Assembly: GCA_040400605.1 (NCBI GenBank)
Contig: JBBAPZ010000008.1
Coordinates: forward strand, 68,450-124,072
Source: Candidatus Sericytochromatia bacterium
GTDB lineage: Bacteria; Cyanobacteriota; Sericytochromatia; S15B-MN24; JAQBPE01
Length of the DNA: 55,623 bases
Reading direction: 5' to 3'
Shown one piece after another: positions 18,577 to 28,627 of the stretch (positions are counted from its first letter, which is position 1; each line of letters opens with the position of its first letter). The notes beneath the pieces were generated by a model. The model was not told the DNA's origin. It saw only the letters and a list, made by a program, of their open reading frames with translations, and ran no database searches. Made by a program: the position numbers and the translations under genes.

Positions 18577-19137
18577 ATGAGTGAGATGACGGCGACCAAC
18601 ACGCATCAGTTGGTGGCTTTTTTTTGGCGTGCCGAAGACCTCAAACAGGCACTCGCACGGCTTCGATCGCTCAACTTCGATACGCGCAGTGTCGTTTTGG
18701 GATCTCGAGCGGAATCGGTACAAGCACACGATGAAGGGCTTCCTGCTTTTGGCGAGGCGTTGACCACCTGGTGTCAGCCTGTCCCAAACAGCGACAACGC
18801 CGCAGTGGTTGGCAGTGGGATCGGCGGGGTGCTGGGAATCGTTGCGGGGCTTGGCTTGCTCGGTTTGCCTGTCGTGGGGCCTTGGTTAATGGGTGCCGGT
18901 CCGGCTGCGATTGCGTTTGAAACCACGCTGCACACGCTCACCGGCGCGGCCATCGGCGAGAGCTTGAGCGCTGCGACGCAAACGAATGCCGAAGACGATG
19001 AACGCCAGTTTTGCGAACAGTTGCTCAACAAAGGCTACTTGATGCTGGTTGCCTGTTCGGATGGGCAACACATCCGTCAAGCCGCCCAACAGCTCAAGCC
19101 TTTGGCAATGCACGTCAGAACCCGCAACATCGTGTAA
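18577..19137 (+). CDS. Glycine-zipper membrane protein (general stress/DUF1269-like)
   Basis: GSGIGGVLGIVAGLGLLGLPVVGPWLMGAGP; GGGGAG SD. Confidence 0.7.
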   Translation: MSEMTATNTHQLVAFFWRAEDLKQALARLRSLNFDTRSVVLGSRAESVQAHDEGLPAFGEALTTWCQPVPNSDNAAVVGSGIGGVLGIVAGLGLLGLPVVGPWLMGAGPAAIAFETTLHTLTGAAIGESLSAATQTNAEDDERQFCEQLLNKGYLMLVACSDGQHIRQAAQQLKPLAMHVRTRNIV

Positions 19138-19158
19138 GCGTTGCTTGCAATCAACCTG

Positions 19159-19183
19159 GCTACCCCGGAATTTCGGGGGTGGC
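19159..19183. terminator. Hairpin after the respiratory operon
   Basis: GCTACCCC...GGGGTGGC stem. Confidence 0.45.
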
Positions 19184-19392
19184 AAATGTGTAAACATTTA
19201 GGTGTTTGGGGGGCTCATTAACGACTTCGGGAAGTCAAAAGTGCTAAAAACGGTTGTAATGCATGTTTGAGTGTGCTTCGTCTGCATACCGAAACACGAC
19301 TGTTGTGGCTCGCGACGTTTACATTGAGATAGCTATGACTTGATGGTCAGGATTTCAGGCGGTGACCTGTCGAATGCCCGTTGCTCGGACTG

Positions 19393-21066
19393 TCACGGGT
19401 GTAATTCCGGCGGTAGTTTGGTCGCATCGGAGAACAAATGAACCGCCTTGATTTGGGCTTCGCCGACGCCTTCCGCCATTTTCCTTGCCCGCCAGCGGGC
19501 AAAACTGCCAATTGGCAGGCGTTGCGGGCAAATTGGCGCGAGTTGGTCCTGTTTCCGCAAGCGTTCATATTGGAAGTGAGATACCTGGCGCAGGCGTTGA
19601 TCCACAAGCGCCGCGAGCGAGTCAAGTTCCGCGTCTGTCATGGATGCGTGGTCCGGCGCGGCTTCAAAATAGAGGCGATAACGGGGAACGGCCCGTGTGG
19701 GATCCGCCACGAGCGCAAACCAGGTAGCCTCCAGCCGCAACTCACTTAAAACGCTGCCGACAGCCTCATTTACCTGGGTTTCATCAAGCAGTTCCCCCAC
19801 CATGCTGCTTTTGGCACCGCCTTTGCGCACGAAACGAATGCGCGGTGTCGCATGGTAAAAGCCGCATACCTCCACGATGTCTCCCACCACGTAGCGATAG
19901 TAACCGGCGGAGTTGCTGACCACAATGTAATAGCGACGGCCGTCTTGCAACTCGTGGGCAAGCAGGGTGTCGTGACGTCCACTTTCATAGGTATCCTCGG
20001 GTATGAATTCAAAAAAGACTGAGTCGAGCGCCAAGGGGCCGCCGGTTTCGACATCGCCCAACGTGACGTTGCACCAAGCCTCGGTTGCGGCGTAGATTGC
20101 ATCACGTATCTGCACCTGAGCACCCAGGCGTCGTTGAAGCTCCTGTATGTAGAGCCCGGCAGTCGCCGTGGTCCAACAGTAGACCAGCTTCAAATCGGGC
20201 CAAAGGTGGGCAACTTTTTCTTCCACCGGGGCGGTTGCGGCTCGTTCCAGGCGTTTAGCCAGGTCGGCACGCGGTTCAAGACGGCCAAGCCAACGCTGCA
20301 CATCAGGGGGTAATGGACCCATGCCGCAGAGCGTTCCGTCGTGCAAGTCTTTTATCAGCGGCTCAAGATCGCCTTCAAGGCGGCGCAGAAACAGAACGAT
20401 CGGCAATGGGAAAACACCGGTGATTAACGTGAGATTTTTCAAGAGGGCCTGATGCAAGGCCAAGTAACCGCGTAGGTCCTGGTCACGCAGGGTACACAGT
20501 TCGTAAGGCCAGGCAAACAAAGAACGAATGAGCGGGCGTTGCTCCGTGTAGTTAAAACCGCTCATCTGCCCGATTTCCAACCCGTCGGCCGCCCGATCCC
20601 ATTCCCTGTAGCCCACGAAATACAACAAATGGCCCGTAAACGCGCCCGGAAAACGTCGAAACAGATGCCAAAATGAAACATGCTGCGTTTGCATCAATTC
20701 GGCTCGATACGTCGGGGTTATGGGAACATACGAGAGTTCGCCAGAGGTGCCCGACGTCATGCCATAAAAAATGGGCGCCTCAGTCGTGAGCAACTGTCGC
20801 TCACCCGCCATCGATCGTTTGATCCACGGTGCCATGTCCTTGGCCGTGACCAAAGGCACACGGGCCTGATACGCCTGCACGGAAGACAGTGCATCGAAAC
20901 CGTGATTACGCCCATAAACACTGTCACGGTTGCGTTGGAGCAACGCTTTCAAATAACGGGCTTGCGCCCGCTGCGGTTGGCGACTCGTTAACTCGAAAGT
21001 CAACGCCGCGCGCGTACGCAACCATTGCCCCAAACGGTGAATCGTGGCAGGACCAGGCTGAAACAC
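19393..21066 (-). CDS. GH3-family acyl-adenylate/amide synthetase
   Basis: TSGTSG, YAATEAW, FFEFIP, GYYRYVVGDIV, GELLDETQV. GTG start after AAGGAG. Confidence 0.88.
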   Translation of the reverse strand: MFQPGPATIHRLGQWLRTRAALTFELTSRQPQRAQARYLKALLQRNRDSVYGRNHGFDALSSVQAYQARVPLVTAKDMAPWIKRSMAGERQLLTTEAPIFYGMTSGTSGELSYVPITPTYRAELMQTQHVSFWHLFRRFPGAFTGHLLYFVGYREWDRAADGLEIGQMSGFNYTEQRPLIRSLFAWPYELCTLRDQDLRGYLALHQALLKNLTLITGVFPLPIVLFLRRLEGDLEPLIKDLHDGTLCGMGPLPPDVQRWLGRLEPRADLAKRLERAATAPVEEKVAHLWPDLKLVYCWTTATAGLYIQELQRRLGAQVQIRDAIYAATEAWCNVTLGDVETGGPLALDSVFFEFIPEDTYESGRHDTLLAHELQDGRRYYIVVSNSAGYYRYVVGDIVEVCGFYHATPRIRFVRKGGAKSSMVGELLDETQVNEAVGSVLSELRLEATWFALVADPTRAVPRYRLYFEAAPDHASMTDAELDSLAALVDQRLRQVSHFQYERLRKQDQLAPICPQRLPIGSFARWRARKMAEGVGEAQIKAVHLFSDATKLPPELHP

Positions 21067-21498
21067 GACGTTTTTCTCCTTGCCAACATGTTCCGTGATG
21101 GTGCTGGTGACATCTGGTGACAAGGCCTTCGCCAAAGAGGCAATGAATGCCCAGAGTTGATAACTGTGCAACCAGATTTTCCCAGACACCGACATTATCA
21201 ATCAGGGCTGACGATTGAGAAACCATCAATTTCGCTGATCAGCCTGACGTGCTGCGACAGCAATGTGACCCCCAAAAACCCAGGTAATGGTGCTACCGAC
21301 CGCCGGGTGTTACCAACATTTAAAAAGCAAACAGTGTGTCTGATGGATGGAACGATTGATGCATTGATTCAAAAATGTTGCAAGCCAAGCGATATTAACA
21401 CGTCACATTGTGGTACGCATCCCTAAGATGCAACCGGCGCGTCTTTTATTCGCGTGGTGTCTATCCCGTTTCAGTTGATTGGATGTTGAGGACATGGT

Positions 21499-22125
21499 GT
21501 GAGTCATTGGGACCTTTTTTTGTTGGGCTTTCTGCTGGTGTTTCAAGGCAGCTTATTGGTCGTGCGACCGATCCTGACTTGGCGCATGACCGGACGCTTC
21601 CCGGTTAAGGTACCGTCTGGTGAGAGCGTGTTTGGTTTCGCCCAGCGTGGGTTGTCGGTTGTTTTGATCGGTTTTAACGTGGTGGTGGCGATAAAATTCT
21701 TGTGGCCCGTTGTGTATGAATGGATTCCGCCGATTCCCGTGCTTCAGACCGAGTTGTTTAGACAGTTGGGATGCGTGCTTGGTGTTATGGGTCTGTTGAT
21801 TGGTTGGATGTCCCAGAGTCAGATGGGGGCTTCGTGGCGGGTGGGGGTCCATTACGATGCGCCGCCGCCCCTGGTGACGCACGGCATCTATGCGTATTCG
21901 CGAAATCCGATTTACGTCGCTATCATCATTGGCTCTTGCGGTATTTTCTTGCTGGTTCCCGATTGGCTGATGCTGATGTTGATGGTTTTGAATCTCGTTT
22001 TGCATCAGGTGTTAATTCGCGCCGAAGAGGACTATCTAAAGACCGTGCATGGTGCCGACTATGAAGCATATATGGCACGAACCGGTCGTTTTTGGGGCCA
22101 AACACAGGTGGCGAACGATAAATAG
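21499..22125 (+). CDS. Isoprenylcysteine carboxyl/phospholipid methyltransferase family protein
   Basis: MGASWRVG, LVTHGIYAYSRNPIY, RAEEDYL...GADYEAY...TGRF. Confidence 0.85.
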   Translation: MSHWDLFLLGFLLVFQGSLLVVRPILTWRMTGRFPVKVPSGESVFGFAQRGLSVVLIGFNVVVAIKFLWPVVYEWIPPIPVLQTELFRQLGCVLGVMGLLIGWMSQSQMGASWRVGVHYDAPPPLVTHGIYAYSRNPIYVAIIIGSCGIFLLVPDWLMLMLMVLNLVLHQVLIRAEEDYLKTVHGADYEAYMARTGRFWGQTQVANDK

Positions 22126-22131
22126 GGAGGG

Positions 22132-23838
22132 GTGATCGTCATGGTTGCAATTGATACAGCGACACAAGCGTCGGCAACGGTGGTGGATCTGCTACAGATG
22201 CGCGCGCACAGCCAGGCTGACCGGGTGGCTTATCGTTTTTTGGGTCACAACGGCGAAGAAGTTGCGGCTTTGACCTATGCGCAACTGGATGCCCAGGCGC
22301 GGGCGATCGCCGCTCGTCTCTGTGCGCATCGGCTGCAAGGTGAGCGCGTGATTTTGCTCTATCCATCCGGCATCGACTTTGTAACAGGCTTCTTTGGGTG
22401 CCTGTATGCAGGCGCCGTGGCCGTGCCCACGCCGTTTCCGGAGAAACACCAATCGGTGGCGCGTGTGCAGTTATTGATGCAAGATGCGCGGGCGCAGGCA
22501 ATTTTAACGGTCAAGCCGCACCTGGCAGCGTTGAGCGCTGCCGTGCAGGGCCGTTGTTTGGTCTTGACAACCGATGATGTAGCCGAGGCGGAAGCTGATG
22601 AGTGGAAAGCGCCTCGCGTCAATGCCCAATCGCTGGCTTTTTTGCAGTATACATCGGGTTCTGTGGCAACGCCGCGTGGGGTCATGGTTAGCCATCACAA
22701 CATTTTGGAAAATCAACGCTGCATCCGGGCAGCCTTTGGCCTTGACGAAGCGTCTGTCGGTGTCGGCTGGCTGCCGTTGCACCACGACATGGGCCTCATC
22801 GGCAACGTCCTGCACCCCCTGTATGTGGGATTTCCGGTTGTATTGATGTCTCCTCTGACTTTTTTGCGAGACCCGTTTGTTTGGCTCGATGTGATAACGC
22901 GTTACCGCGCGACATCCAGCGGCGGACCTAATTTTGCATACGAATACTGTGTCAAACGCATCAAGGCGGAACAACGGGCGACATTGGATCTGCGTTCCTG
23001 GTGCGTCGCGTTCACCGGTGCAGAACCGATTCGAGCGGCGACCATGCGTCGTTTTGCCGAGGCATTCGAACCATCCGGCTTTCGCTGGGAGTCCTTGCAT
23101 CCCTGTTACGGATTGGCCGAGGCCACCTTGCTGGTCACGTCCAAGGCCAAGCTGGTTCCGCCGACCATTCGCGAGGTGATCGAGGATGACCACACCAGAG
23201 AAGTGGTGGGATGTGGCACTGCTTGGCTCGACCATCGGGTGAAGGTGGTGGACCCGGACAGCCGCACGCTTTGTGAGGATGGCACCGTGGGTGAGATTTG
23301 GGTGCAGGGTCCACAAGTCGCACTGGGTTACTGGGAGCGACCTGAGCTGACGCAGGCACTTTTTCAGGCACACCTGGCCGATGATGAGTCGGAAGCTTAT
23401 CTGCGAACGGGAGACTTTGGTTATATTCACGATGGTGAGTTATTCGTGCGTGGTCGTTTAAAGGATCTGTTGATCGTACGCGGTCGCAAATTTTTTCCAC
23501 ACGATATCGAACAGACCGTAGAGGCCGCTGCGCCGCCGTTTCGCTCCGGTTGTTCTGCCGCATTCGGGGTTGTTCGCGATGGTGAGGAGCGCGTGATTGT
23601 GGCCGTCGAATTGGATGCCCGTGCGGAGGTAACGGCTGAATCGTTGCAAACGCTTGAACGGGTGGCGCGCGATGCAGTCTGGAACCAGCATGGGCTCACG
23701 CTTGAGCATGTGGTGCCGATCGCCGCAGGAACCTTGCCGAAAACCACCAGCGGCAAAGTGCAGCGTCTGGCGTGCCGGGATGCATTCGAATCGGGGGCTT
23801 TGCAACGGGTCGGCATCGTTTCCCAAGCTGCGGATTGA
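22132..23838 (+). CDS. Fatty acyl-AMP ligase (FAAL)
   Basis: AFLQYTSGS..PRGV, WLPLHHDMGLIG, CYGLAEATL, LRTGD, PKTTSGKVQR. Confidence 0.9.
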   Translation: MIVMVAIDTATQASATVVDLLQMRAHSQADRVAYRFLGHNGEEVAALTYAQLDAQARAIAARLCAHRLQGERVILLYPSGIDFVTGFFGCLYAGAVAVPTPFPEKHQSVARVQLLMQDARAQAILTVKPHLAALSAAVQGRCLVLTTDDVAEAEADEWKAPRVNAQSLAFLQYTSGSVATPRGVMVSHHNILENQRCIRAAFGLDEASVGVGWLPLHHDMGLIGNVLHPLYVGFPVVLMSPLTFLRDPFVWLDVITRYRATSSGGPNFAYEYCVKRIKAEQRATLDLRSWCVAFTGAEPIRAATMRRFAEAFEPSGFRWESLHPCYGLAEATLLVTSKAKLVPPTIREVIEDDHTREVVGCGTAWLDHRVKVVDPDSRTLCEDGTVGEIWVQGPQVALGYWERPELTQALFQAHLADDESEAYLRTGDFGYIHDGELFVRGRLKDLLIVRGRKFFPHDIEQTVEAAAPPFRSGCSAAFGVVRDGEERVIVAVELDARAEVTAESLQTLERVARDAVWNQHGLTLEHVVPIAAGTLPKTTSGKVQRLACRDAFESGALQRVGIVSQAAD

Positions 23839-23843
23839 AACAG

Positions 23844-24644
23844 ATGCTGGTTTTATTGTTCGATACCATCGCTCTCATCCTGTTGCTCGTCGTTGTCGGC
23901 TTGCCCTTGGCAGCGATGGCGATGCTGTTGACGTCATTGCCCTTGCCAATTTGGGCTTTATGGGGTCTGGCGCCGCTATGGCTGTTTGTTCAAGTGTGCG
24001 GCATGAGTGTGATTGCGCTGGTTTTGAACCTTCTCATTCCGCGCCTGAGACCCGGGCGCTATCCGTACCCCTTGCACCCACAGTGTGTGAGCTGGCTGCT
24101 GCGTTTTGCCATCCAACGCATATTTCATCTTCCTGTCTGGTCAAACCTGATTTATTCCTTTGCCTCGTTGCGTTGGTTCGTTTTGCGTTCACAAGGCGCA
24201 CGCGTGGCTTGGAACATGCAGACGGCGAGCACGATGATGGTCCTTGACCCGTCACTCATCACCGTGCAACGTGACAGCATGCTGGCATTGGGAACGATCG
24301 TCATCGGTCATTATGTTGAAAATGGTCTGTTAATCCTGGCACCGGTCGAAATCGGACGCGGGGTGCAGTTAATGGGTGAGGTATCGCTGATGCCGGGGGT
24401 GCGTATTGGTGATGGCAGCAGTGTGGGGCCGGGTACAAAGTTGCTGCCGGACGTTCAGGTGGGTGAGGATGTCTTTGTCGGGATGGGGTGTTTGATTCAG
24501 TCAGGGGTGAGAATCGCTGACAATGTGGTGATTGGGCATCGTGTGGTGATTGAGGCGAGTGTGACAATTGAGGAAGGTGCGGTTATCCGTCCCGGTGCCC
24601 AGTTGCCAAAAGGAACCGTGGTTGCCAAAGGAACGCGGTATTGA
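23844..24644 (+). CDS. Membrane-anchored hexapeptide-repeat (LbH) acyltransferase-like protein
   Basis: N-terminal TMs, LRPGRYP, and repeated [IV]G hexapeptides. Confidence 0.75.
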   Translation: MLVLLFDTIALILLLVVVGLPLAAMAMLLTSLPLPIWALWGLAPLWLFVQVCGMSVIALVLNLLIPRLRPGRYPYPLHPQCVSWLLRFAIQRIFHLPVWSNLIYSFASLRWFVLRSQGARVAWNMQTASTMMVLDPSLITVQRDSMLALGTIVIGHYVENGLLILAPVEIGRGVQLMGEVSLMPGVRIGDGSSVGPGTKLLPDVQVGEDVFVGMGCLIQSGVRIADNVVIGHRVVIEASVTIEEGAVIRPGAQLPKGTVVAKGTRY

Positions 24645-24712
24645 GTAATCGATGGGCATAGCTGAGCGTGCGTGACAGGTTTGTAGTTGACGCACGGCCG
24701 AAAGGATCATCA

Positions 24713-24958
24713 ATGACGGTTGAAGCATTAATGCAACAAATGGCTGACTGGATCGCTGAGATCACCGAAACAGAGCCACCGGTTATCACTGCAGAAACCG
24801 AACTCGTGCAGGATTTGGGACTCGACTCGCTGGCTCTGGCTGAGCTTGCCGCGAAGTTGCGCATGCGTTATCGCATCAAATTGCGACCAGGTGAACTGCA
24901 AAGTGATCTGCGTGCCGGTCGTCTGGCGCAGTTCGTGCTGGATCGGCAGAACGCCTGA
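24713..24958 (+). CDS. Acyl carrier protein 1
   Basis: DLGLDSLALAEL phosphopantetheine motif, AAGGA SD. Confidence 0.9.
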   Translation: MTVEALMQQMADWIAEITETEPPVITAETELVQDLGLDSLALAELAAKLRMRYRIKLRPGELQSDLRAGRLAQFVLDRQNA

Positions 24959-26088
24959 TGCGGGTCGCCATTAGCGGTTGTGCGTTTGCCTCACCATTCG
25001 GCAGCGACTTCGACACCTTCTGGCAAGGACTCTGCCAGGGGCCTATGCCGGTTGCCACCTGGCACTCCGAACCCAATTTTCCAGGCCTTGGCTGCCGACT
25101 TGCCGCGTTACCCGGGGCGGATCACCAAGAAGCACCAGGTGAGCGCACCTTGGCACTCAGTATTGACCTCGGACGTCAAGCCCTGGCTTCAGCAGGGCTT
25201 ATACAGGCACCACGCGGTACGGGTCTCGCACTGGGCTCCGCCTGGATGGAAGGTGACATCCTGGGTGTGCCGCCGAGGCCACCGGGGCGATCGCTCCTTC
25301 CTGCGATCGCCAGCACACTGGGCCTGACAGGCCCAATCACCGGTACGCCAATCGCTTGCGCATCCAGCAATTACGCGCTGGCCTGGGCGTATGATCGGCT
25401 GCGGGCCGGCGACTGTCAGTACATGCTGGCAGGGGGCGTGGATGTTGCCGGCCCCATGGCAATCGGGGGTTATCTTTATCTCGATGTCATGACCGATACC
25501 GTGCCGCGCCCCTTTGCCGTCAATCAAGATGGCTTCTTACTCAGTGAAGGGGGTGCCTTCTTTCTGCTTGAACCGCTCGAACAGGCCAGAGCGGCTGGTA
25601 GACGCGTATGGGGCGAAATTGTGGGTACTGGTACAGGACACGACGCGTCCCATCCAACCCGGACGGCCCCCGATGGACGCGGTCTTGCCTTTGCCATGCG
25701 TCGTGCACTGCAAGAGGCTGGGCTATCTCCCGATGCGATTGATTACCTGAACGCGCATTCACCCGGCACAGCCGCCAACGATGCCGGCGAAGCAGCAGCC
25801 ATTCACGCGGTGTTCGGCTCTTACCGCGTTCCCGTCAGTTCTACCAAAGGGTCGCACGGGCATGCGCAAGGTGGCGCCAACGCACTTGAGGCCCTCGCTT
25901 GCCTGTTGGCACTCCGGCATCAAGTGGCCCCGCCAACTCTGCATGTCGATCAAGTCGCTGAGGCACTCGGTTTGGATGTCATCGTGGTGCCGCGACCGAT
26001 GGTGCTTCAACACGTGTTATCGCTTGCATCCTGCATGGGAGGCGCCAATGCCGCGGTGATTTTCGCAAGGGGTGATAAATGGGGTTGA
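24958..26088 (+). CDS. Beta-ketoacyl-ACP synthase (FabF/KS-alpha-like)
   Basis: Cys-His-His triad: IACASS, NAHSPGT, KGSHGHAQG. GFLLSEGG, MGGANAA. Confidence 0.88.
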   Translation: MRVAISGCAFASPFGSDFDTFWQGLCQGPMPVATWHSEPNFPGLGCRLAALPGADHQEAPGERTLALSIDLGRQALASAGLIQAPRGTGLALGSAWMEGDILGVPPRPPGRSLLPAIASTLGLTGPITGTPIACASSNYALAWAYDRLRAGDCQYMLAGGVDVAGPMAIGGYLYLDVMTDTVPRPFAVNQDGFLLSEGGAFFLLEPLEQARAAGRRVWGEIVGTGTGHDASHPTRTAPDGRGLAFAMRRALQEAGLSPDAIDYLNAHSPGTAANDAGEAAAIHAVFGSYRVPVSSTKGSHGHAQGGANALEALACLLALRHQVAPPTLHVDQVAEALGLDVIVVPRPMVLQHVLSLASCMGGANAAVIFARGDKWG

Positions 26089-26813
26089 ACGTCATACGCA
26101 TGGGCCGGTGCGTCAATGAACCGGATGAACCGTCTCGCATCATCGGGCCCGTTGGCAAGCAACTCCACCACCTGGCACAAGACTGGTCTGAATTGCAGGG
26201 CACTGGGGCGATCGTCGGAGTTTACCACGCGCTGGGCCGCGAAAAACTGGACGTTCATCAAGTAACGGTCGAGCAGATCGTGTCAAAAGGATTCGACTCG
26301 TTCAGGGTATCGGCAATGGTCTTCGAACACATGACCTATGGTCCCTTTGCACAATTGGCAATCACATATGGCTGCACAGGGCCGTTTTGGACGCTGGAAG
26401 CGAATGAATTGGCTGCCCCACTGGCACTTTGGACAGCCTGGCATGATTTGCAAAAAAAACGTTGTGACCTGGCCATTATTGGCGCCTATCGCAGGAAAAC
26501 GCCCACGGCCTGGATGCTGTTGGTGAGCCAGGACGACACCAGTACACTTGAACCAGCCTTGATCCATACCAATGGCCACACACATCCGACGACTGAGCAC
26601 TTGCACGAACTCAACCAACGACTCGGCGGCGACTGTGCACTTTTGACGCCCACCGCGAAGGACCATGATACCAACGGATTCGATGCACTTTATCAATCCC
26701 TGACCCTGGCTCAAGCAGGCAAAGCCACGGCCATCTGGCGTTGCACACCGGATGGCCGTGGCACTTTGCTCGGCTTCAGACGACGCGATGTCGGCACATT
26801 GGGTGCTAACTGA
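26079..26813 (+). CDS. Short inactive KS-like protein (chain-length-factor-like)
   Basis: VSAMVF...QLAITYGCTGPFWTL and DLQKKRCDLAIIG resemble the KS N-terminal domain. No catalytic Cys; coupled to the KS gene. Confidence 0.6.
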   Translation: MGLNVIRMGRCVNEPDEPSRIIGPVGKQLHHLAQDWSELQGTGAIVGVYHALGREKLDVHQVTVEQIVSKGFDSFRVSAMVFEHMTYGPFAQLAITYGCTGPFWTLEANELAAPLALWTAWHDLQKKRCDLAIIGAYRRKTPTAWMLLVSQDDTSTLEPALIHTNGHTHPTTEHLHELNQRLGGDCALLTPTAKDHDTNGFDALYQSLTLAQAGKATAIWRCTPDGRGTLLGFRRRDVGTLGAN

Positions 26814-26971
26814 TGGCACACGTGTGGAATCAGATAGGGCGCAAGCGTGTCGTAAGACAACCCTTGGATCCGCAGGTCGTGGCGGCCGTGATGATTGTTT
26901 TCGTGGCCCACGCGATTGGCAACATCATTGGGACATGCAGGTACAACCCTCGCTATGCAAGACTTGGATGA
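26813..26971 (+). CDS. Small 52-aa hydrophobic peptide (not in the ORF track)
   Basis: MAHVWNQIGRKRVVRQPLDPQVVAAVMIVFVAHAIGNIIGTCRYNPRYARLG. TGATG overlap at the 5' end and ATGA overlap at the 3' end. Confidence 0.45.
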   Translation: MAHVWNQIGRKRVVRQPLDPQVVAAVMIVFVAHAIGNIIGTCRYNPRYARLG

Positions 26972-28398
26972 TGGCGATGCGAGGATTTTTAGACACACTT
27001 TTGATGACATCGGGTGCGCCCACCCATTCGGCACTGACCACAGCCTTGGGTGAGACACTCACTTATCAGGCGCTGATCACAGCCGTGGAACAGGCTGCAG
27101 ACACATTGCGTGAAGCCGGTGTCCAACCGGGTCAAATCGTTGCCGTTGACACCCGCAGCGCTGCTGCCGTCCTTGCGATGTTGGCTGTCCTGGAAGCTGG
27201 TGCCACGTTGATGCCGTGGGACGGGCGGCAAAACGACCTTGGCCTGCTTGAGACAGCGCGGCCGGTCAAACTCATTACACAAGCGAGCTTCGAGGGTGCT
27301 ATCACGCTGGCTTCACCGTGCGACAACCCCCGTGAACTGGCACCGGGGATTGGGTTGTTGCTCTTCACCTCCGGTTCAACCGGCCGCCCCAAGGGGGTGC
27401 TGCTCAGTCTGGACGGCCTGATGGCGAACATCGATGCAATTTTGAGTTATCTGCCGGTGCGCAAGTTTCCGCGCACAGCCCTCACCCTGCCTTTGTCGTA
27501 CAGCTATGCGTTCGTGGGACAGGCCCTGGTCACCTTGCGTGCCGGGGGCACCTTGTTGATGATGCAGGATCTCCCCTTTCCAGCGCAGCAGTTATCCACG
27601 ATGCGCGCATTGGATGCCAGCGGACTGTCTGGGGTCCCAACATCATTGCGACGCTTGTGCGAAGCGGCCTTGGATATGCCGGTATCCGAGCGTCCGCAGT
27701 TGGGTTATGTCGCATCAGCGGGTGCGCCACTGGATCAAGCGACCCGTGAGCGTTTGGGTGAGGTGTTTCCGTGTGCGCGTCGTTTTAACCAGTATGGGCT
27801 GACGGAGGCCAGTCCGCGGGTGGCTGCGTGTTCGGATCAAGAGCCCGCGTTTCATGCGGGCTCGGTCGGTAGGCCCTTGCCGGGTCTCACCGTGTTGGCA
27901 CGCGATCCCCAAGGCACACCGTTACCACCCGGGCAAACGGGAACATTATGGATTCAAGGCCCTTCCATTATGCGGGGATACCTGGATGACGAAACGGGAT
28001 CTTCAAAGGTACTGATTGAAGGTGGCTTGCTCTCAGGCGATGACGGTTGGGTGGATGACGCCGGCTACATCTTCACCGTTGGTCGGCAGGATGGTCTTAT
28101 CAAAGTGGCTGGAGAACGCGTGAGCCTGCAACAGGTGACCGCGGTCATTCAAGCGGTGGCGGGAGTCAGGGAGGCTGCCGTGGTTGCACGCCCCGACAGC
28201 ATGGTTGATCATTACCTGGTTGCGTTTGTGGCGGGCGATCCAGGCATCATCACTGCAATCAAAGCGCACGTGCGGGCGCATTTGCCTTTGGCTGGCCGCC
28301 CACGGCGCATCGTCGTGGTGGAGCACTTGCCGCGCAACGCGCGTGACAAGTTGGACTGGCAAGTGTTGCAGCATCTGGCAACTGAAGGGGGAACGTGA
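26968..28398 (+). CDS. AMP-dependent acyl ligase (ANL superfamily)
   Basis: LLFTSGSTGRPKGV, QYGLTEASP, SGD, GRQDGLIKVAGERV, LPRNARDK. Confidence 0.88.
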   Translation: MMAMRGFLDTLLMTSGAPTHSALTTALGETLTYQALITAVEQAADTLREAGVQPGQIVAVDTRSAAAVLAMLAVLEAGATLMPWDGRQNDLGLLETARPVKLITQASFEGAITLASPCDNPRELAPGIGLLLFTSGSTGRPKGVLLSLDGLMANIDAILSYLPVRKFPRTALTLPLSYSYAFVGQALVTLRAGGTLLMMQDLPFPAQQLSTMRALDASGLSGVPTSLRRLCEAALDMPVSERPQLGYVASAGAPLDQATRERLGEVFPCARRFNQYGLTEASPRVAACSDQEPAFHAGSVGRPLPGLTVLARDPQGTPLPPGQTGTLWIQGPSIMRGYLDDETGSSKVLIEGGLLSGDDGWVDDAGYIFTVGRQDGLIKVAGERVSLQQVTAVIQAVAGVREAAVVARPDSMVDHYLVAFVAGDPGIITAIKAHVRAHLPLAGRPRRIVVVEHLPRNARDKLDWQVLQHLATEGGT

Positions 28399-28402
28399 CC
28401 CG

Positions 28403-28627
28403 ATGACGTGGGATGAGTGTTATCGCAGCGTGCGTGAATTGGTTCTCGACTACGCGACGCCTGAGTCAGATGACGCCCCTTTGGCATTGGATTCGTTAGC
28501 GGTTGTGTTGTTGGTTGAGGCCATTGAGGATCGCTTCGGGTTAACGCTTGGGGCAAAAGATGTCACACCCGAGCGTTTTGGGAGTTTGGGGGCGTTGGTG
28601 CGCTTTGTCTGGAGTCTGGTGTCGTGA
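28403..28627 (+). CDS. Acyl carrier protein 2
   Basis: LALDSLAVVLLVEAIEDRFG...ERFGSLGALVRFV. Confidence 0.8.
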   Translation: MTWDECYRSVRELVLDYATPESDDAPLALDSLAVVLLVEAIEDRFGLTLGAKDVTPERFGSLGALVRFVWSLVS

